Shown: positions 9,074-17,559 of the stretch, one piece after another | Layout: each line of letters begins with the position of its first letter | How positions within the stretch are numbered: the first letter of the stretch is position 1 | Virus record (IMG/VR): IMGVR_UViG_3300044728_000127 | Coordinates: 1-40,318 of that record | Direction: 5' to 3' (one strand) | DNA from: a virus | Lineage: Duplodnaviria > Caudoviricetes | DNA length: 40,318 bases | The notes under the pieces: generated by a model | The model's input: only the letters and a program-made list of their open reading frames with translations | Database searches by the model: none | Told to the model about the DNA's origin: nothing | Made by a program: the position numbers and the translations under genes

Positions 9074-9753
9074 TGAAAGTACTACAGTTTTCGGGTGGTG
9101 TTGATTCTCTGGCCTGCCTGCACTTGTTGCAGTCAGAGCCAGGGCTTTGTGTGCTCACCGTTTCGACTGATGGCGCCTACCCGGAGCGCCACGAGTACTT
9201 GTCGCGTGTTGAAAAGGAATTCTTCCACCTGAAGTTCCACCGTGTCAATACCGACCGTCAGATTCAGATTTACGGGCACCCGGTCGACGTCTTACCAATG
9301 CGCTATTCGGCGGTCGGGATGATGGTTGCCGGCGATCATGGCCCTGTTCGCTACCAGGACTTGTTTTCGTGCTGCCGCCGCGCGATCTGGGAGCCATTGG
9401 ACAGGGTCAGTCGCCAGCTTGGCGCCACCACTATCATTCGCGGTCAACGCGCCAGCGACACGATGCGCTCGCCGGTTCGGAATGGCGAGGTTGTCGGTGG
9501 CATCACCTACGAATTCCCGATTGAAGGCTGGTCGCGGGACGATGTTCTGAAGTATGTCTGTGAGCATGTCGAGCATCTTGTCCCGGAGTCTTACTCGGCG
9601 GGCGAGCGGACTTCGCGGGACTGCATGGACTGCACGGCGTACCTGCATGACAACCTGAACCGTATTCAAAATCTGCCGAGAGGCAAGCGAGCAGAAGTCG
9701 AACAAGTGTTGAACCAGTGGCGTGATGACGTCTCATTCGAAGTGAGGTACTAA
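9073..9753 (+). CDS. PAPS/APS reductase-family (PP-loop) protein
   Basis: FSGGVDS PP-loop, CC pair, RGQRASD, PIEGWS and DCMDC motifs. Confidence 0.8.
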   Translation: MKVLQFSGGVDSLACLHLLQSEPGLCVLTVSTDGAYPERHEYLSRVEKEFFHLKFHRVNTDRQIQIYGHPVDVLPMRYSAVGMMVAGDHGPVRYQDLFSCCRRAIWEPLDRVSRQLGATTIIRGQRASDTMRSPVRNGEVVGGITYEFPIEGWSRDDVLKYVCEHVEHLVPESYSAGERTSRDCMDCTAYLHDNLNRIQNLPRGKRAEVEQVLNQWRDDVSFEVRY

Positions 9754-9754
9754 A

Positions 9755-10144
9755 ATGGCTAGCCAGCAAACAGACGACGACATGCTCGAGTACTTGATGA
9801 GCATCGGCGCCCTACAGCCCGAGCAGGAGAACATTGCCCGCAAGCAGGCAATGATCAGTCAACTGCGCCAGCAGGGGCGTCTGCCTGAAATGCGGCAGGC
9901 GGGGCGTCTTGTTGTTGCCTCGAATCCGTTTGAAACGCTTGGATCGGTGCTTCATCAGGGCCTTGGCCAGTACGAGCAGGGCAACATGGAGAAGATGCAA
10001 GACGAATACGGGAACAAGCGGCGCGGCCTGATGACCGACTTGCAGGCGCGGATGAAGTCGCGGAGGCTTCCGCCGAACCAGCAGTCGCAGATCAGCGGTG
10101 GATTCGTGCCGCCAAGTGTGCAAGAAGGCGACCCAATCTACTAA
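9755..10144 (+). CDS. Putative small ejection/internal virion protein
   Basis: 129 aa helical; GAGG RBS; position in ejection module. Confidence 0.55.
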   Translation: MASQQTDDDMLEYLMSIGALQPEQENIARKQAMISQLRQQGRLPEMRQAGRLVVASNPFETLGSVLHQGLGQYEQGNMEKMQDEYGNKRRGLMTDLQARMKSRRLPPNQQSQISGGFVPPSVQEGDPIY

Positions 10145-10153
10145 GGTCTAATC

Positions 10154-11323
10154 ATGGATATTTATGGCGGCGGTGGCTACCTGCCCGACCCGTTCGGGTT
10201 GGAGGCCGAAGACCCGAGCTTGGCTGAGGCGAGGATTAATGCCCTTCGCCGTCAGGGTCCACAGGTGAAGAGTGTCAAGATCACGCAGCGTGGTCCGGCT
10301 AATGGCGGATTGCCCCCTCCTACGCCCGTGCCCCCGACACCCCAGGTTCCGCAACCCCCAAGGGTTGACCCGATGGCGAATCTGCAGACTCAGCACGCGG
10401 AGGCTATGTCGGCGCAAGAGAGGCTTATGCAGCCGCCAGATACCACTCAGCTGCAGAATTACGCCCGTGAGCGCGAGCAGGGTGGGACCCGTCAATTGAT
10501 GCTCGCGCTGGCAGCGCAGGAGGCGGGCAAGGAATTCGCGCCCGCGCAGGCACACTTCTTGAAGCAGGCCGCTGCTGCCCGCGACCCGATGAAGTTCGGC
10601 GGCGGGCTTGTGGCCGAAACTGGCGAATTTGTTGCTGATCCGTCAGCGCAGGCCGATCTGAAGATCAGGCAGGCGGGGATGCGAATCCAGGCGATCGAAC
10701 GCCAAATCCAGGCGGCGCAATCGGCCCAGGAGCGTGCAGCCCTTCAAGCTGAGCGCCTCAACGCCCAGGCCGAACTGCGAAGCATGATGATGCAGTTCCA
10801 AGCTGGCCAAGACGCCAGGGCGTCGGCTGACCGTCGTTACGGCGTTGACATGGCCCACGAGAACGCAAAAATCGCCGCTGCTGCGAAGCCAGGGCCGAAG
10901 GACAAGGTTGCCGAGAACGCCGCAAAGAATGCCGCCGCTGGTAAGGAAGTGCTGGGCCTGCTCGACGAGGCTGAGAAGCATCTTGATAACGCGACCAGCA
11001 GTTATATTGGCTACGGGGTCGACCAGGGGCTTCGGGCGTTCGGCGGATCGACCAAGGGTTCGCGGGCAACGGCCGCGCTTCAGACTATCGGCGGGCAGAT
11101 CGTGTCGAAGATGCCCCGCATGGAAGGCCCGCAGTCGAACTACGACGTCAAGCTCTACCAGCAGATGGCCGGAAGACTCGACGACCCAACTGTTCCACTT
11201 GGTGACAAGAAGGTGGCACTCCAGACCCTGCGTGACTTGAACGACAAGTACGCTATCGGGGGCGCTGCTCTGAGTCCGGGTGGTGGTGCTACTGGTGGGT
11301 GGTCGGTAGAAGTGGAGAAGTAA
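10154..11323 (+). CDS. Putative DNA ejection (internal virion) protein
   Basis: 389 aa, Ala/Gln-rich coiled coil; RMEGPQSNYDVKLY motif near C-terminus. Confidence 0.65.
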   Translation: MDIYGGGGYLPDPFGLEAEDPSLAEARINALRRQGPQVKSVKITQRGPANGGLPPPTPVPPTPQVPQPPRVDPMANLQTQHAEAMSAQERLMQPPDTTQLQNYAREREQGGTRQLMLALAAQEAGKEFAPAQAHFLKQAAAARDPMKFGGGLVAETGEFVADPSAQADLKIRQAGMRIQAIERQIQAAQSAQERAALQAERLNAQAELRSMMMQFQAGQDARASADRRYGVDMAHENAKIAAAAKPGPKDKVAENAAKNAAAGKEVLGLLDEAEKHLDNATSSYIGYGVDQGLRAFGGSTKGSRATAALQTIGGQIVSKMPRMEGPQSNYDVKLYQQMAGRLDDPTVPLGDKKVALQTLRDLNDKYAIGGAALSPGGGATGGWSVEVEK

Positions 11324-13129
11324 ATGCCCACATTCCGCATTACCGGTCCTGATGGGACCGTGTATAAGGTGAACGGCCCAGAGGGTTCAACTGCGGAACA
11401 AGCTCTGGCCCAAGTCCAGGCGAAGCATGCCGGGGGGGCCGGTACAGATATACGTCCCCCCTCCCCCACGGGGGCGGGCGGTACCGCCCGTTCGACGGAC
11501 GGGGCATCGCGGGATGCCGCGCGGGCATACTCTGCCTCAGGTGCGGGGGAAGAGGCGGGGGTATTGGAGCAAATAGCAGGCGGCGGCAAGCATGCCTTGG
11601 ATCGCGCGGCCATGGGCCTGAAGGGCCTTTTCACTGATCTGTCCCCCGAAGACAAGGCCCTATTGGAGCAGGGCAAGCAATTTGTCAGCAGGACTGGACC
11701 CGCCAGTTCGGTTGGTGAATTTGCCGGCGACACCCTGATTACGGCGCCCATCGGTGGCGTCTTGATGAAGGGCGGGCAGGCGGCGCTCCAGGGTGTGAAG
11801 CGTGTTCCCCAGCTGATCAAGTCGCTTACCGCTGCTGGTGGAGCGGGCGCGGCTACTGGCGCCCTAGTGTCCCCTGAAGAGCGGGGTGAAGGCGCTACGA
11901 TGGGCGCCTTCGGTGGCGTTGCTGGTGAAGGAATCGGGCGCCTGCTCACGAAGACGCTTGCCGGTCCCGCTCGGGGCATGGTGTCCAAGGGCGCGAAGGA
12001 GATGATGGATGAAGGGATTACGCCGCCGATGTGGCAGGCTACTGACAATCCACTGATCCGAAGCCTGGGTGAGCGTGCGAAGGCCCTCCCTGTTGTCGGA
12101 TCAATGATGCGCGGCCAGGAGCGCAAGGCGATCGAAGAGTGGAACCGCAAGCTAGTCAGGGAGTTGACGCCCCCGAAGCCTGTTATGGATGACGCCGGGA
12201 ATGTCATTCGCTGGGAGCAGGGGCGTGCTGCGGGCGAGAAGATTCCGGTCGGTCAGGGCGCGATGGAGGACCTGAGCGGGCGATTCAACAAGTCCTACGG
12301 GGCGCTCTATGAGGGGCGCACTGTTCCCATGGACGAATCGTTCGGCAAGGGCCTGGACGACATTGTGAATCAGGTCAAAGCCTATAAGCCCTCCATCGCT
12401 GAAGATATCGGCGGGGCGTCGCGCCGCCTGAAGGATACGGTCCTGCCTGGGACTGAAGCAACCGCCCCCGCATCGAAGATCGTCGACGAATTCGGCAATC
12501 CCTTCGAGAAAGTTGGCGGTCCGCGCCATTCTGGTGTTACCTATGACGCCATCAAGCGCGCCCGCATGGAATTGGACGACGCCATTACCACTGCATGGAA
12601 TTCAGGTGACGGCGAGAAGGCGCAGGCGCTCGGTGAGCTTCGCAAGTCGCTGCTCGACCGGCTGAACAAGTCGCTGCCGCCCGAAGTGGCGGGGGCGAAG
12701 GGCGAGATTGACAAGGCGTATTCTGGTTACAAGCGCCTTCAGCGTGCTGGCGCGTCAATCGGCGCCGCAAAGAATGAGGGGGTCGTTGCCCCAGGCCAGT
12801 TGTTGTCCGCGTCGCGGGCGCTGGATCGGACCCCCGGAAAGGCTGCATTTGCTGAGGGCCGCGCCCCGATGCAAGAAGTCGCCACGAAGGGCCAAGACGT
12901 CTTCGGGTCAGTATTGCCCGAGACAGGCCCTGGAACTGCCGAGAAGATGCTCTTCGGGATGGGCGCCTTCACAAGCCCTTGGATGATCCCGTTCATGGCC
13001 GCAGCCACACGTCCTGGACAAAAGGCGCTGATGGGTGGCTACAAGGGGCAGGACGCCATCTTGCGGAACCGACAAGCGATTATCGACGCGTTGCGGAGTG
13101 GCGCTATTGCTGCTTCGCCACAGGAGTAA
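11324..13129 (+). CDS. Large DNA ejection (internal virion) protein
   Basis: 601 aa; MPTFRITGPDGTVYKVNGPEG N-terminus and Gly/Ala-rich amphipathic segments. Confidence 0.65.
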   Translation: MPTFRITGPDGTVYKVNGPEGSTAEQALAQVQAKHAGGAGTDIRPPSPTGAGGTARSTDGASRDAARAYSASGAGEEAGVLEQIAGGGKHALDRAAMGLKGLFTDLSPEDKALLEQGKQFVSRTGPASSVGEFAGDTLITAPIGGVLMKGGQAALQGVKRVPQLIKSLTAAGGAGAATGALVSPEERGEGATMGAFGGVAGEGIGRLLTKTLAGPARGMVSKGAKEMMDEGITPPMWQATDNPLIRSLGERAKALPVVGSMMRGQERKAIEEWNRKLVRELTPPKPVMDDAGNVIRWEQGRAAGEKIPVGQGAMEDLSGRFNKSYGALYEGRTVPMDESFGKGLDDIVNQVKAYKPSIAEDIGGASRRLKDTVLPGTEATAPASKIVDEFGNPFEKVGGPRHSGVTYDAIKRARMELDDAITTAWNSGDGEKAQALGELRKSLLDRLNKSLPPEVAGAKGEIDKAYSGYKRLQRAGASIGAAKNEGVVAPGQLLSASRALDRTPGKAAFAEGRAPMQEVATKGQDVFGSVLPETGPGTAEKMLFGMGAFTSPWMIPFMAAATRPGQKALMGGYKGQDAILRNRQAIIDALRSGAIAASPQE

Positions 13130-13132
13130 AAC

Positions 13133-14557
13133 ATGCCCCGCAATTCATCTGGTACTTATACACTGCCTTTGCCGGAGGTAGTGGCAAACACTATCATCGA
13201 GTCGGCATGGGCGAACACTACGCTCGACGATCTGGCGCAGTCTACTACCGACTCCCTAGATCGTTATGGGCGTGGCGCCATGGCGGCAGCCCTTCGCCTC
13301 GTCGACGGCTCAGTGACTGTTCCATCTTGGGGATTTTCGACTGAAACCAACACGGGCATGTACCGGCCTGTTGCCGGTGAAATAGGCATTACTGTCCTCG
13401 GGACTCAGGTTGGTAAGTTTTCGGCGAATGGATTTCAAGGCGCGATTGATGGTGATATTGCTGGTACTCCGAATTTCGAAGGGATGGTCACATTCGACGC
13501 TGATACCGATGCAATTGTTCTGAGCGGTCTGAACGCTGGGATTGTTTGGAGCAACGATGGCGGGGTGACCGAGAACGTTGCCATCAGGCACACCGACGCG
13601 AACAGTAGCGTGCTGTTCACGGTCGACGGCAACACCAAGATGCAGTTCGTAGCCGATGGTGTGCTGCTGGCAAACCACACGAGTCAACTGGCTGGTATTG
13701 CCCCCTGGGGCTCCGATCACCAGAGTTTTGACCTTGGTAATGTTAGTGCCATCGACAACGACTCTCTCAGCGGCAACCTGACAGTAGTCTTCAACGCCTA
13801 CCACGACAACACGAACTGGCGTGCCAAGGCTGGCGGGGTCAATTCGGTGTACTATGTGGAGCGGGGCCTGGGTCACTTCTGGTACACTGCGCCCATCGTC
13901 GCCATAAATGCCATTGCGACCCCGGTGCAGCACATGTTCCTTGACAGCGCCAACGGCTTCCTGTCGCTGGGGCCGAACGCTGCAGCGGCCAGCATCGGGT
14001 TGCACTTGCGTTACACAGGCAGCGGAGCGCGGGTGCGCTGCGAATCCACATCAGGGACCACACCCGTCATCGAACTGGCCGCTGACGGTGCTGCAGCCGG
14101 CAACGGGTCTGTCGGATCGAACAGCAACCACGTCTTCTACATCACCACCAATTCGACGGTGCGGATGACCTTTGCTGCAGCCGGTGGCGTATCCGTGCCC
14201 ACCGGCCCAGGCGGCACCACCCAGGACTTCAGCGTGGCGGGCACTGGTGTGCGCCGCACCGAGCAGTATTCCGGGGTAGTCACTGCGCAGCCTACCGGAT
14301 TGCTGATTGATACCACCGGGTCGGGTGGCCGCATGGTGCTAATCACCGGCAACGACAATGCCGGGTTGGCCTTCAGTGCCCTGTACGTGGTGGCTACACG
14401 ACCCAACGGCGGCGGCGGCACTGCCGTGACAGCCACCCTTTGCGGCCGGGCGGGATCGGCTAGCCCCACGTTCACGTTCAGCAGCACCGGCACCCAGGTC
14501 ACCATTGCCATTGGCGCCGGTGCCAGCTTCACCTATATTACTCACTTTGGAATTTGA
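13133..14557 (+). CDS. Tail fibre / receptor-binding protein
   Basis: 474 aa; MPRNSSGTYTLP...WANTTLDDLA...SLDRYGR podovirus fibre anchor, beta-rich G/S/T/A body. Confidence 0.8.
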   Translation: MPRNSSGTYTLPLPEVVANTIIESAWANTTLDDLAQSTTDSLDRYGRGAMAAALRLVDGSVTVPSWGFSTETNTGMYRPVAGEIGITVLGTQVGKFSANGFQGAIDGDIAGTPNFEGMVTFDADTDAIVLSGLNAGIVWSNDGGVTENVAIRHTDANSSVLFTVDGNTKMQFVADGVLLANHTSQLAGIAPWGSDHQSFDLGNVSAIDNDSLSGNLTVVFNAYHDNTNWRAKAGGVNSVYYVERGLGHFWYTAPIVAINAIATPVQHMFLDSANGFLSLGPNAAAASIGLHLRYTGSGARVRCESTSGTTPVIELAADGAAAGNGSVGSNSNHVFYITTNSTVRMTFAAAGGVSVPTGPGGTTQDFSVAGTGVRRTEQYSGVVTAQPTGLLIDTTGSGGRMVLITGNDNAGLAFSALYVVATRPNGGGGTAVTATLCGRAGSASPTFTFSSTGTQVTIAIGAGASFTYITHFGI

Positions 14558-14709
14558 TGTACATGTTGGTGTTATTGGTGTTACTTGGCGGCTGCGCCTG
14601 GGCCGATAATGGTGGCAAGGCTGATGTGTATATCAACACGTATCGGGCAATCAATGCCGATGTTGACCCGCCTGAAGAACAGGCTTCGCAACCGAAAAGG
14701 AGTAAATAA
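14557..14709 (+). CDS. Small putative lipoprotein (50 aa; not in ORF track)
   Basis: MYMLVLLVLLGGC lipobox-like signal; TGATG and TAATG overlaps with both neighbours. Confidence 0.55.
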   Translation: MYMLVLLVLLGGCAWADNGGKADVYINTYRAINADVDPPEEQASQPKRSK

Positions 14710-15182
14710 TGTTCGGATCACTGAAAAACATGCTGAAGCCGAAGTCGCCTCGTGACATGTTGTCGAATTCGCCTCGGGATCAGATCAAGAGCGCGATCAG
14801 CAGCCTGAGTCCGTCGAATGCCATGGCGAACTTGAAGCCTGGGGCGCCCCCTCCTGGAATGCCAATGCCCGGTGGCGGTGGGGCGCCTCCCCCGCAAGCA
14901 CCCCCGCCTCAAATGCCGCCCCCGCAGCAGCCTCCAATGGAGGCAATGGCGCCAATGGGAGCAGGGGCGCCTCCAGGCGGGATGTTCAACGCCCCTCCGC
15001 AGGGACCCCCTCCGGGACCGCCAATGGAAATGCCGCCGCAAGGGCCTCCGCCTGGGATGCCGCCGCCCGAAGCACAGATGGGAATGCCTCCTCCTGACGG
15101 TGGAATGGGGATGGGGCAACAGGGGATTCCACCGCAAGCACTGGCGCGAATTGCCGCGCTTCGTGGGAGGATGGCAAGATGA
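14709..15182 (+). CDS. Pro/Met/Gly-rich low-complexity protein
   Basis: 157 aa; AAGGAG RBS; PPQGPPPG repeats. Confidence 0.6.
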   Translation: MFGSLKNMLKPKSPRDMLSNSPRDQIKSAISSLSPSNAMANLKPGAPPPGMPMPGGGGAPPPQAPPPQMPPPQQPPMEAMAPMGAGAPPGGMFNAPPQGPPPGPPMEMPPQGPPPGMPPPEAQMGMPPPDGGMGMGQQGIPPQALARIAALRGRMAR

Positions 15183-15376
15183 TCTGGATTAACTTACTCA
15201 TCACGCTGCTGATTCTGGGCCTGATCTTTTACATTGTCTGGTGGGGCATCCAGAAGGCGGCGTTGGGGCCACCGTTCGACAAGGTCATAATTGTCCTTTA
15301 CGTGATCGCGGTCGTCGTGGTCCTGGTCGGCGTACTGACCGGACACGTGAACTTCCCGATCCTTAACCTCAAGTAG
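15179..15376 (+). CDS. Small two-TM membrane protein (possible holin)
   Basis: 65 aa with two hydrophobic helices separated by a PPFDK turn. Confidence 0.6.
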   Translation: MIWINLLITLLILGLIFYIVWWGIQKAALGPPFDKVIIVLYVIAVVVVLVGVLTGHVNFPILNLK

Positions 15377-15384
15377 GAGCCACC

Positions 15385-15576
15385 ATGGCCGAACCCGATC
15401 CGCTCAACCTCAAGAAGTCGCTGAAGAAGCGAATGGAGGGCGTCGAGAGCGACCCAACGCCGCCAGCGCCACCCCCGGCGCCGTCAATGAGTCAATCAGA
15501 GTTTGGAAAGCCCTTCACTCCTGAGGAGCGAAGGGCGCAGATGGCGGCGTTAGCCCAGAAGCTTCGGGATCGCTAG
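15385..15576 (+). CDS. Hypothetical protein (63 aa)
   Basis: AGGAG RBS; last gene of + arm. Confidence 0.6.
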   Translation: MAEPDPLNLKKSLKKRMEGVESDPTPPAPPPAPSMSQSEFGKPFTPEERRAQMAALAQKLRDR

Positions 15577-15728
15577 TAGCCGGGGTATTGGTCACCCCGT
15601 AGACCCGGCGACTTTTTCAGTACGCGGTCTGCTGAATCTAGGCTCATCTTGACGCCAAAGAGCCAGCCTACGACGAACATGACTGCGCCAAAGACGAAGC
15701 CGCCCCAAACGGCGTACTCAATGGGCAT
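15573..15728 (-). CDS. Small membrane protein MPIEYAVWGGFVFGAVMFVVGWLFG... (51 aa; not in ORF track)
   Basis: TGATG overlap with upstream PEP-CTERM gene; single TM helix. Confidence 0.45.
   Translation of the reverse strand: MPIEYAVWGGFVFGAVMFVVGWLFGVKMSLDSADRVLKKSPGLRGDQYPGY
15575..15618 (+). terminator. Candidate intrinsic terminator at the convergence of the two arms
   Basis: AGTAGCCGGG...CCCGGCGACT imperfect stem followed by a T run. Confidence 0.45.
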
Positions 15729-16390
15729 CATGCGTCTTTACGCTTGCCGCCAGCCCATAGGCCGAATAACGCCATCCCGGCGAGCATCAGCGTGGTTGGT
15801 TCTGGCACGCCATTCGGCGGTTCATCGAAGGGCGTTGGACGCCCACCTGCCGGGTCACCGCTGAACCAGCCACTTCCGCCATTCACTAGCCCTTGGGTGT
15901 GGATGGCAAAGTGGAAGCCGGTCTTGCCGACCGGGCCGTCTTCGCTCAGGCCGCTGTCGATCTGCGCCAGGGTCACGCCCAGGAAGTCCCATTCCAACAG
16001 CATGTTGCCGTCAAAGGTGGGCACGCTAGGATTGAAGCCCAAGAACCAATCGAACCAGCCGTCGCCGTCAGCCTTGAACCCGTTCTGGGTGAACAGGAAG
16101 GGCAGGTCGGCTGCGGGTAGGCCGGTGCCGGTCGTGTTCGCCACGGTCGGCACTGCGTAAGGGTCGATGTTGCCGTAAAGGCCGGTGATCTTCTCGGTCC
16201 CTGACATGGTGCCCAGGAACTCGAAGTGCACGCCCCCCGCGATTGCCGTGGTGCGTAGCGCGGCACAGCCGAAGACGACATTGCCGCAGTCCGACCCGCT
16301 CTGACTGAACTCGTCGTCGAACAGGTAAATCCCGGCATTCGCCCCGACCGCAGCTGCGGCTAGGGCTATCGCCGTTAACGCTTTCTTCAT
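15728..16390 (-). CDS. PEP-CTERM sorting-domain exported protein 1
   Basis: Signal peptide MKKALTAIALAAAAVGANA; C-terminal VPEPTTLMLAGMALFGLWAGGKRK (PEP + TM + basic tail); AGGAG RBS. Confidence 0.92.
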   Translation of the reverse strand: MKKALTAIALAAAAVGANAGIYLFDDEFSQSGSDCGNVVFGCAALRTTAIAGGVHFEFLGTMSGTEKITGLYGNIDPYAVPTVANTTGTGLPAADLPFLFTQNGFKADGDGWFDWFLGFNPSVPTFDGNMLLEWDFLGVTLAQIDSGLSEDGPVGKTGFHFAIHTQGLVNGGSGWFSGDPAGGRPTPFDEPPNGVPEPTTLMLAGMALFGLWAGGKRKDA

Positions 16391-16462
16391 CGCATTCTCC
16401 TAATGGTGGGGGCCAAACAGGGATTACACCTGTTCGTAGGCTACGCCACCCCCGTTAACTAC

Positions 16463-17062
16463 TTACGCCTTGCGACGCAACGCGCCCAGACCCATCAGGC
16501 CCAGGCCAGCCAGCGCCAGACTACCTGGTTCAGGCACAGCGAGTTGCTGCACCTGCAGGTTGCCGGTGTACGACGCAGGCTGCGTCGGGCCAAGCCCTGC
16601 GATCGTCCCCCGGACGTTGAAGGCGTAGGTGCCCGCGTCCAGGCCGGTGAAGTCAATCACGGTGGCGTACGACGGATTCGTCAGGCTGGTCAACGCCCCG
16701 CCGATGGTGTCCAGCAAGGAGCAGGCCCCTGACTGGAACGCCGTGTTGGCGGCACACACGAAAGCATCCACGCTGAACAAGTCCACCGCGAAGTTCGTGA
16801 TGTTCTGGATCGGCAGGAAGATCGCGTTGATCGATGCCAAGCCAGCCGGGTCGATGCTGAAGACCCACCAGTTCGAGAAGTCCCCGTTCTGCCCCGTGGT
16901 GGCGTTGCTGAACGTGCTGTTGTCGTCGGTCAGCGTGTTGTGCAACCCCAGATTCGACGCCACGCTGGGCGCCGGCTGGTAATCGCACGAATCGCAGACA
17001 ACGGCGGCAAAAGCCCCCTGTGCCGCGAGGGCCAAAGCCCCCAATACCAAAAGCTTCTTCAT
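16463..17062 (-). CDS. PEP-CTERM sorting-domain exported protein 2 (resembles FxDxF-type PEP-CTERM proteins)
   Basis: Signal peptide MKKLLVLGALALAAQGAFA; C-terminal VPEPGSLALAGLGLMGLGALRRK; YAFNVRG..ASYTGNLQV beta-sandwich end. Confidence 0.93.
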   Translation of the reverse strand: MKKLLVLGALALAAQGAFAAVVCDSCDYQPAPSVASNLGLHNTLTDDNSTFSNATTGQNGDFSNWWVFSIDPAGLASINAIFLPIQNITNFAVDLFSVDAFVCAANTAFQSGACSLLDTIGGALTSLTNPSYATVIDFTGLDAGTYAFNVRGTIAGLGPTQPASYTGNLQVQQLAVPEPGSLALAGLGLMGLGALRRKA

Positions 17063-17084
17063 AGTATCATCCTTGCGCAAGGAA

Positions 17085-17252
17085 TTACTGAGTGACCGAC
17101 TCAGCGGCGGGCTTCGGCATTTCTACCGGAGTGCCTTGGTTGGCCTGTGCGACCAACTCGTTGATGAGTTGCGCGACTTCCTGGTACGGGCGCGCTTGAA
17201 GCACCCGCATCACGTAGTCGGCGTGTTGTTCTGTCAGTTTCCAGATAATCAA
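17085..17252 (-). CDS. Small hypothetical phage protein (55 aa, TTG start; not in ORF track)
   Basis: GAGAGG RBS, TTGA overlap; LQARPYQEVAQLINEL motif. Confidence 0.55.
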   Translation of the reverse strand: MIIWKLTEQHADYVMRVLQARPYQEVAQLINELVAQANQGTPVEMPKPAAESVTQ

Positions 17253-17497
17253 TTTGGCCTCTCAAAGTTGACTTCAATCGCTGGACCAGGCTTGTACTGG
17301 TCCATTACGGTCCTGAGGAAGTCAATCACGTGGTCCGCGCACATGTTGCTTCCCAGATGGATGCCGGTCATCTGATCGAATCCCTGCGCGATCAGCACAA
17401 CGAAGACGGCGTCATCGATGCCGCGACTCTTCAAAGCGCTTGCAATTGCAGTCGACGCCTCCAGAATGACTGGTTCGCACCCTTCATCTTTTTCCAT
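17249..17497 (-). CDS. Hypothetical protein (82 aa)
   Basis: AGGAG RBS before ATG 17497, directly downstream of promoter 17524-17552. Confidence 0.6.
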   Translation of the reverse strand: MEKDEGCEPVILEASTAIASALKSRGIDDAVFVVLIAQGFDQMTGIHLGSNMCADHVIDFLRTVMDQYKPGPAIEVNFERPN

Positions 17498-17523
17498 ATC
17501 TACTCCTACATGTCGATATATCG

Positions 17524-17552
17524 ATTGTACCACGTCCCCGGCGCCGTGTCTA
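17524..17552 (-). promoter_or_regulatory. sigma70-type phage promoter (TAGACA-17-TACAAT) driving the PEP-CTERM operon
   Basis: - strand TAGACA CGGCGCCGGGGACGTGG TACAAT. Confidence 0.75.
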
Positions 17553-17559
17553 TCCCTCT

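Noticed and set aside
17063-17250. sigma54 promoter directly upstream of the PEP-CTERM genes, as in host PEP-CTERM loci
   Set aside because: Best match AGGCAC-TCCGG-TAGA lacks the -12 TTGC and lies inside a small ORF; the sigma70-type promoter at 17524-17552 explains expression
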